This document shows positions 60,590-64,000 of a stretch of 64,000 nucleotides of DNA, piece after piece. The notes beneath the pieces were generated by a model. The model was not told where the DNA came from and made no database searches. It saw only the letters and a list, made by a program, of their open reading frames with translations. Position numbers and translations under genes: made by a program. The DNA comes from Felis catus (lineage: Eukaryota). Each line of letters begins with the position of its first letter. The first letter of the stretch is position 1. The stretch covers positions 3,968,001-4,032,000 of the forward strand of contig NC_058383.1 of assembly GCF_018350175.1 (NCBI RefSeq). The letters are read 5' to 3'.

Positions 60590-61581
60590 CACTCCTAAAC
60601 GACACAGTTGGTTTGCCTGTTTTTGAGCATTAAACGATTGCATTCATACTTCGTGTTTTGCGACCACTCTCGACGTCTAGATTTATCCATTCTGTTGCCT
60701 GAAAGCGGAGGTCATTTCTCACGAAAGGATATTATTCCAGCATATGAATTCTACCATTGACACTTGGGATGTCTTGCTCATCATGAACAACTAAGATGCT
60801 AAGATGTCCGCGTCCTCTGATGCACGTGCACACCACTTTCTCCAGGGCAGATGCCCAGTGAAAATGAGCAGCCTTTAGCTCATTTGTGTTCTCCCTTCTC
60901 TGTGTGCATCTGCAAGACGATTTGCATTTCTGTATTTTCTGTTCTCTTATCTGTCCTTTTCTTACGGTAGGGCTTTATACACCCTGGATATTAATTAATG
61001 GGGTGGTTAAATGTGTTGCAGATATGTCCTTCAAGGTTGCAGCACCTCTTCTATTTCCTTCATGGCATTTCTCTGATGAATAGAAACTCATAGTTTTTAA
61101 TGTAGTCTCGTTTATCCACCTTTTCTTTAATGGTTTTAACTTTCCATGCTGTCAGAAATCTTTACCCACCCTGAAATCCAAAAGATATTCTTTTCTATTT
61201 TCTAAAAGTTTTCAAGTGTTTTTTTCTTTTTAACTTCACTTATAAATTTTAATCCATCTAGAAATGCTTTTTTCTGTATGGTGTGAGGTAGGGCTCCGGT
61301 TTCATTGTTTCCATCTAGATAGCCAATTGTTTCGGTACCATTTATTCAATAGACCATCCTTGCCTCCGGTGATCAGCAACACCACCTTTCTCAAAAATCA
61401 AAGGTCTTTGGCGTGACTAGGTGGCTCAGTCAGTTAAGCATCTGACTCTCCATTTCTGCTCAGGTCACGATCTCAAGGTTGTGAGATCGAGCCCCCTGTC
61501 AGGTTCCACGCTAGGCATGGAGTCTGCTTAGGATTCTCTCTCTCCCTCTTCTTCCATCCCTCCCCCACTCAATCGCATGCC

Positions 61582-61617
<36 letters not shown>

Positions 61618-61780
61618 TCTCTCAAAAAAAAAAAAATCAAATGTCTTTATATGCATCAATCTGCTTCTGGCCTCTCTATTATGTTTCATTGGTCAATTTC
61701 CCTAGCCCTGCACCAATACTACACAGCCTTTAATTCTTATAGCTATATGATAAATATATTTCTTGATCTAGATAAACCAT
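60590..61780 (-). mobile_element. Ancient L1 (L1ME-like) remnant interrupted by a SINE
   Basis: TATGGTGTGAGGTAGGGCTCC...GATAGCCAATTGTTTCGGTACCATTTATT...TCTGCTTCTGGCCTCTCTATTATGTTTCATTGGTC, antisense ORF2 3' region. Confidence 0.7.
61410..61637 (+). mobile_element. Can-SINE
   Basis: Flanking AAAAATCAAAKGTCTTT. Confidence 0.9.
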
Positions 61781-61897
61781 TTAAGGATTCCAGGTTAGAA
61801 ATTTAAAGATCAGCTGGTCCAACCATCCACTGAAAAACAAAGGCTCAAAGGGGGAAAGCATCTTTTACAGTATCACACAGCATATAACTAGGGACCC

Positions 61898-62260
61898 TGT
61901 TAAGGGCTGAATGTCTGTGTCCCCCCCTAAAAAAATGTGTATGTTGAAACCTAACTTTCAGTGTGATGGCATCTGGAGGCGGGACCCTTAGGGCATAATC
62001 AGGTCCAGCGGGTAGAAGCCCTTCTGAATGAGATTAGTGCCTTTATAAGAGGCAACCGGAGAGCTAGCTCCTTCTCTATCACATAAAAATACAGTAAGTC
62101 TGTAGTCTATAACCCAGAAGATGGACCTCACCAGAACCCAACCACGCGGGCACCTGATCTCGAACGTCTAGTCTCCGGAACTATAAGATGTAAGTTTCTA
62201 TTGTTTATAAGCAACCCAGTCTACGGTACTTTGTTACAGCAGCCCAAAATGACTAAGACA
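61898..62260 (+). mobile_element. MaLR solo LTR (MLT1A-like)
   Basis: TGTTAAGGGCTGAATGTCTGTGTCCCCCC start; TTGTTACAGCAGCCCAAAATGACTAAGACA end. Confidence 0.8.
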
Positions 62261-62287
62261 AACACCCATCTCTCACCCTGGAAGATA

Positions 62288-62648
62288 TTCCTGTGCTATT
62301 TAATATGGCAGCCACCAGGCATATGTGGCTATTGAGCCCTTGAAATATAGCTAGTCCGAAGTGAGGTGGGTCCTAAGTATAAAAGACACAAACAGATGTC
62401 ACAGACTTGCGGTGAGAACAGAATGTAAAAAGTCTCATGAATAATTCACTTACATTGATTATATGTTGAAATGATAACATTTTGCGTATCAAGGATTAAC
62501 AACAACATATTCTAAGAACTCATCTCACCTGTCTTCTACCTTTCTATGACAGCGAGATAGAAAATCAGCCACACACTCAACGGAACAGCTACTAAAAACT
62601 GTAGAACTATATACGTGGCTTGTATGACGTTTCTCCTGAATAGCACTG
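62288..62648. mobile_element. MER33-like hAT MITE (another at about 36130-36440)
   Basis: AATATGGCAGCCACCAGGCATATGTGGCTATTGAGC...TTGATTATATGTTGAAATGATAACATTTTG. Confidence 0.7.
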
Positions 62649-64000
62649 GGTCACGCTATTAAATTTGCTCAATCAAGAAGCCTGCATTAGGGATTTAACT
62701 TGCAGGCGGCACCACAGTAAGGGCCATGCAATGAGGAAGGGAACAGAAATAGTTCTAACTGATGTGCTCTACTTCCCCACTGGACTCCTCACCCGTAGAA
62801 ATGGCATCAGCCCAAGCATGAAAGGAACAAAGCTCATGGTCCAGCCCCTGACCCAGCTGGAGAGCTCTATCCCAGTTAGGGAGGGCTGCACCAGTGTCCA
62901 AATCCAGACATCTCCGACCAAGCCTCCCTTCCTCTCACAAATCAACCAGAGAGGTTCAGACACCTACCCAAGACCACACAGCAGCTGCACGACAGGTGAA
63001 GGCCCACAGTACGGGCTTTACAGCTCCCTCCCTGCATGTTTGCCAATGTGGCCTCCTGTCCCAGGCTTCCCCCTTCCCTTTCGAGGAACCCTCCACCAAT
63101 TTAGACCTCACCATAGCAAAAAAGGACCCTCGAGAACAAGCCTTTGAAAGTCCAAGCGTCCGTATCAGAGAAGATCCCATGGATTTGAGCAGCCAGTGCC
63201 TCCCACCTTCCAGCCAAAAGAAACCAAAACCCAAAAACCAACCCCACAGGAACTCCCCCGTGCATCCGTCTTTCCTAGTAGGACTCCCCAACTTTATGAA
63301 GGAGAAAAGGAACGCCCCCCCCCCCCAGGAAATGGAGGGTGAGACTGAGCGGGAAAAGCCCTAGTCCTGCCTCCCCACCTCCGATGCCATGCTCAGCCTG
63401 GACATCTGTGATCACGCTCTGCTGTCTGACCAGAATGGGTACAGACCTCATGGGGACGAGGACCCTCGGTAAGTGCCAGGAGACGACGAGCCACGTGGAT
63501 GTGGGTATCAAAACTGACGCCAACCCGTCTCAAATTCACCACCTTCCCCTCCACCCAGAAGCAGGACACCTGAGGGGGAGGGCAACACATCAGGTGGGCG
63601 CCCTCTTGGTGCCCAGGCAGGAGGCAAAAGCCTTGGGGGCTGCGATCCCAGAACTGCCTGCCCTTCCTCAAGACCCCCAGGGGCGGAAGGCAACTGCAGG
63701 AAAGGGTTTTCGCGCCAGCTTTAAGGCGAGTGGACCCCACAAGATCTTAGAGCAACTTAAGAATTATGAACCTCCCCATTCAATGCGTACTTAGTCCAAC
63801 AGGAGCTTGACTCCCACTCAGCAACTGGGTGGGAGTATCTGTCCTCGCCATTGTAGGAGAAACTGAGGCTCAGGGGTGACCACAAACCTCACACCGGGAA
63901 AAGGCCAAGATGTACAAGCAGCTCTTCCCGGGTCCTAGGCCTCAGTTTCCCCACCTAAAAAGAGCAGTTAATTCATTCCTCCCGCTTGCTACGAGCGTGG

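Noticed and set aside
37024..64000. MMD2 exon 1 or another gene in the right part of the window
   Set aside because: No sequence encoding the expected MFAPRLLDFQKTKYAR-like start and no promoter-grade CpG island seen; treated as intron 1.

Overview
Mammalian genomic DNA, almost certainly a felid (about 37 tRNA-derived Can-SINEs of the feliform type). Two minus-strand genes lie in tandem. On the left is the 5' end of RADIL: a CpG-island promoter with a non-coding exon 1 ending at 5074, and the first coding exon at 509-1107 encoding the N-terminus and Ras-association domain; the rest of the gene lies left of the window. On the right are coding exons 2-7 of MMD2 (PAQR10) between 19806 and 37023, all with GT-AG boundaries and one continuous frame. 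MMD2 exon 1 was not found, so 37024-64000 is read as intron 1. The remainder is SINEs, old L1 3' ends, MaLR (MLT1) LTRs, hAT MITEs, MIRs and simple repeats; nearly all ORFs in the track are non-coding by-products. I see no new multi-gene system. The most interesting signals are small: a frameshifted counterpart of the human MMD2 long-isoform acceptor, a (TCAGGG)4 tract that is both a branch-point array and a G4/nuclear-receptor motif, a divergent CTCF motif pair between the two genes, inverted SINEs around an in-frame exon, two higher-order tandem repeats, an overlapping uORF in RADIL, and GC/CpG-enriched ancient L1s. Repeat family names and human protein comparisons are from memory, not from a search, and repeat boundaries are approximate.
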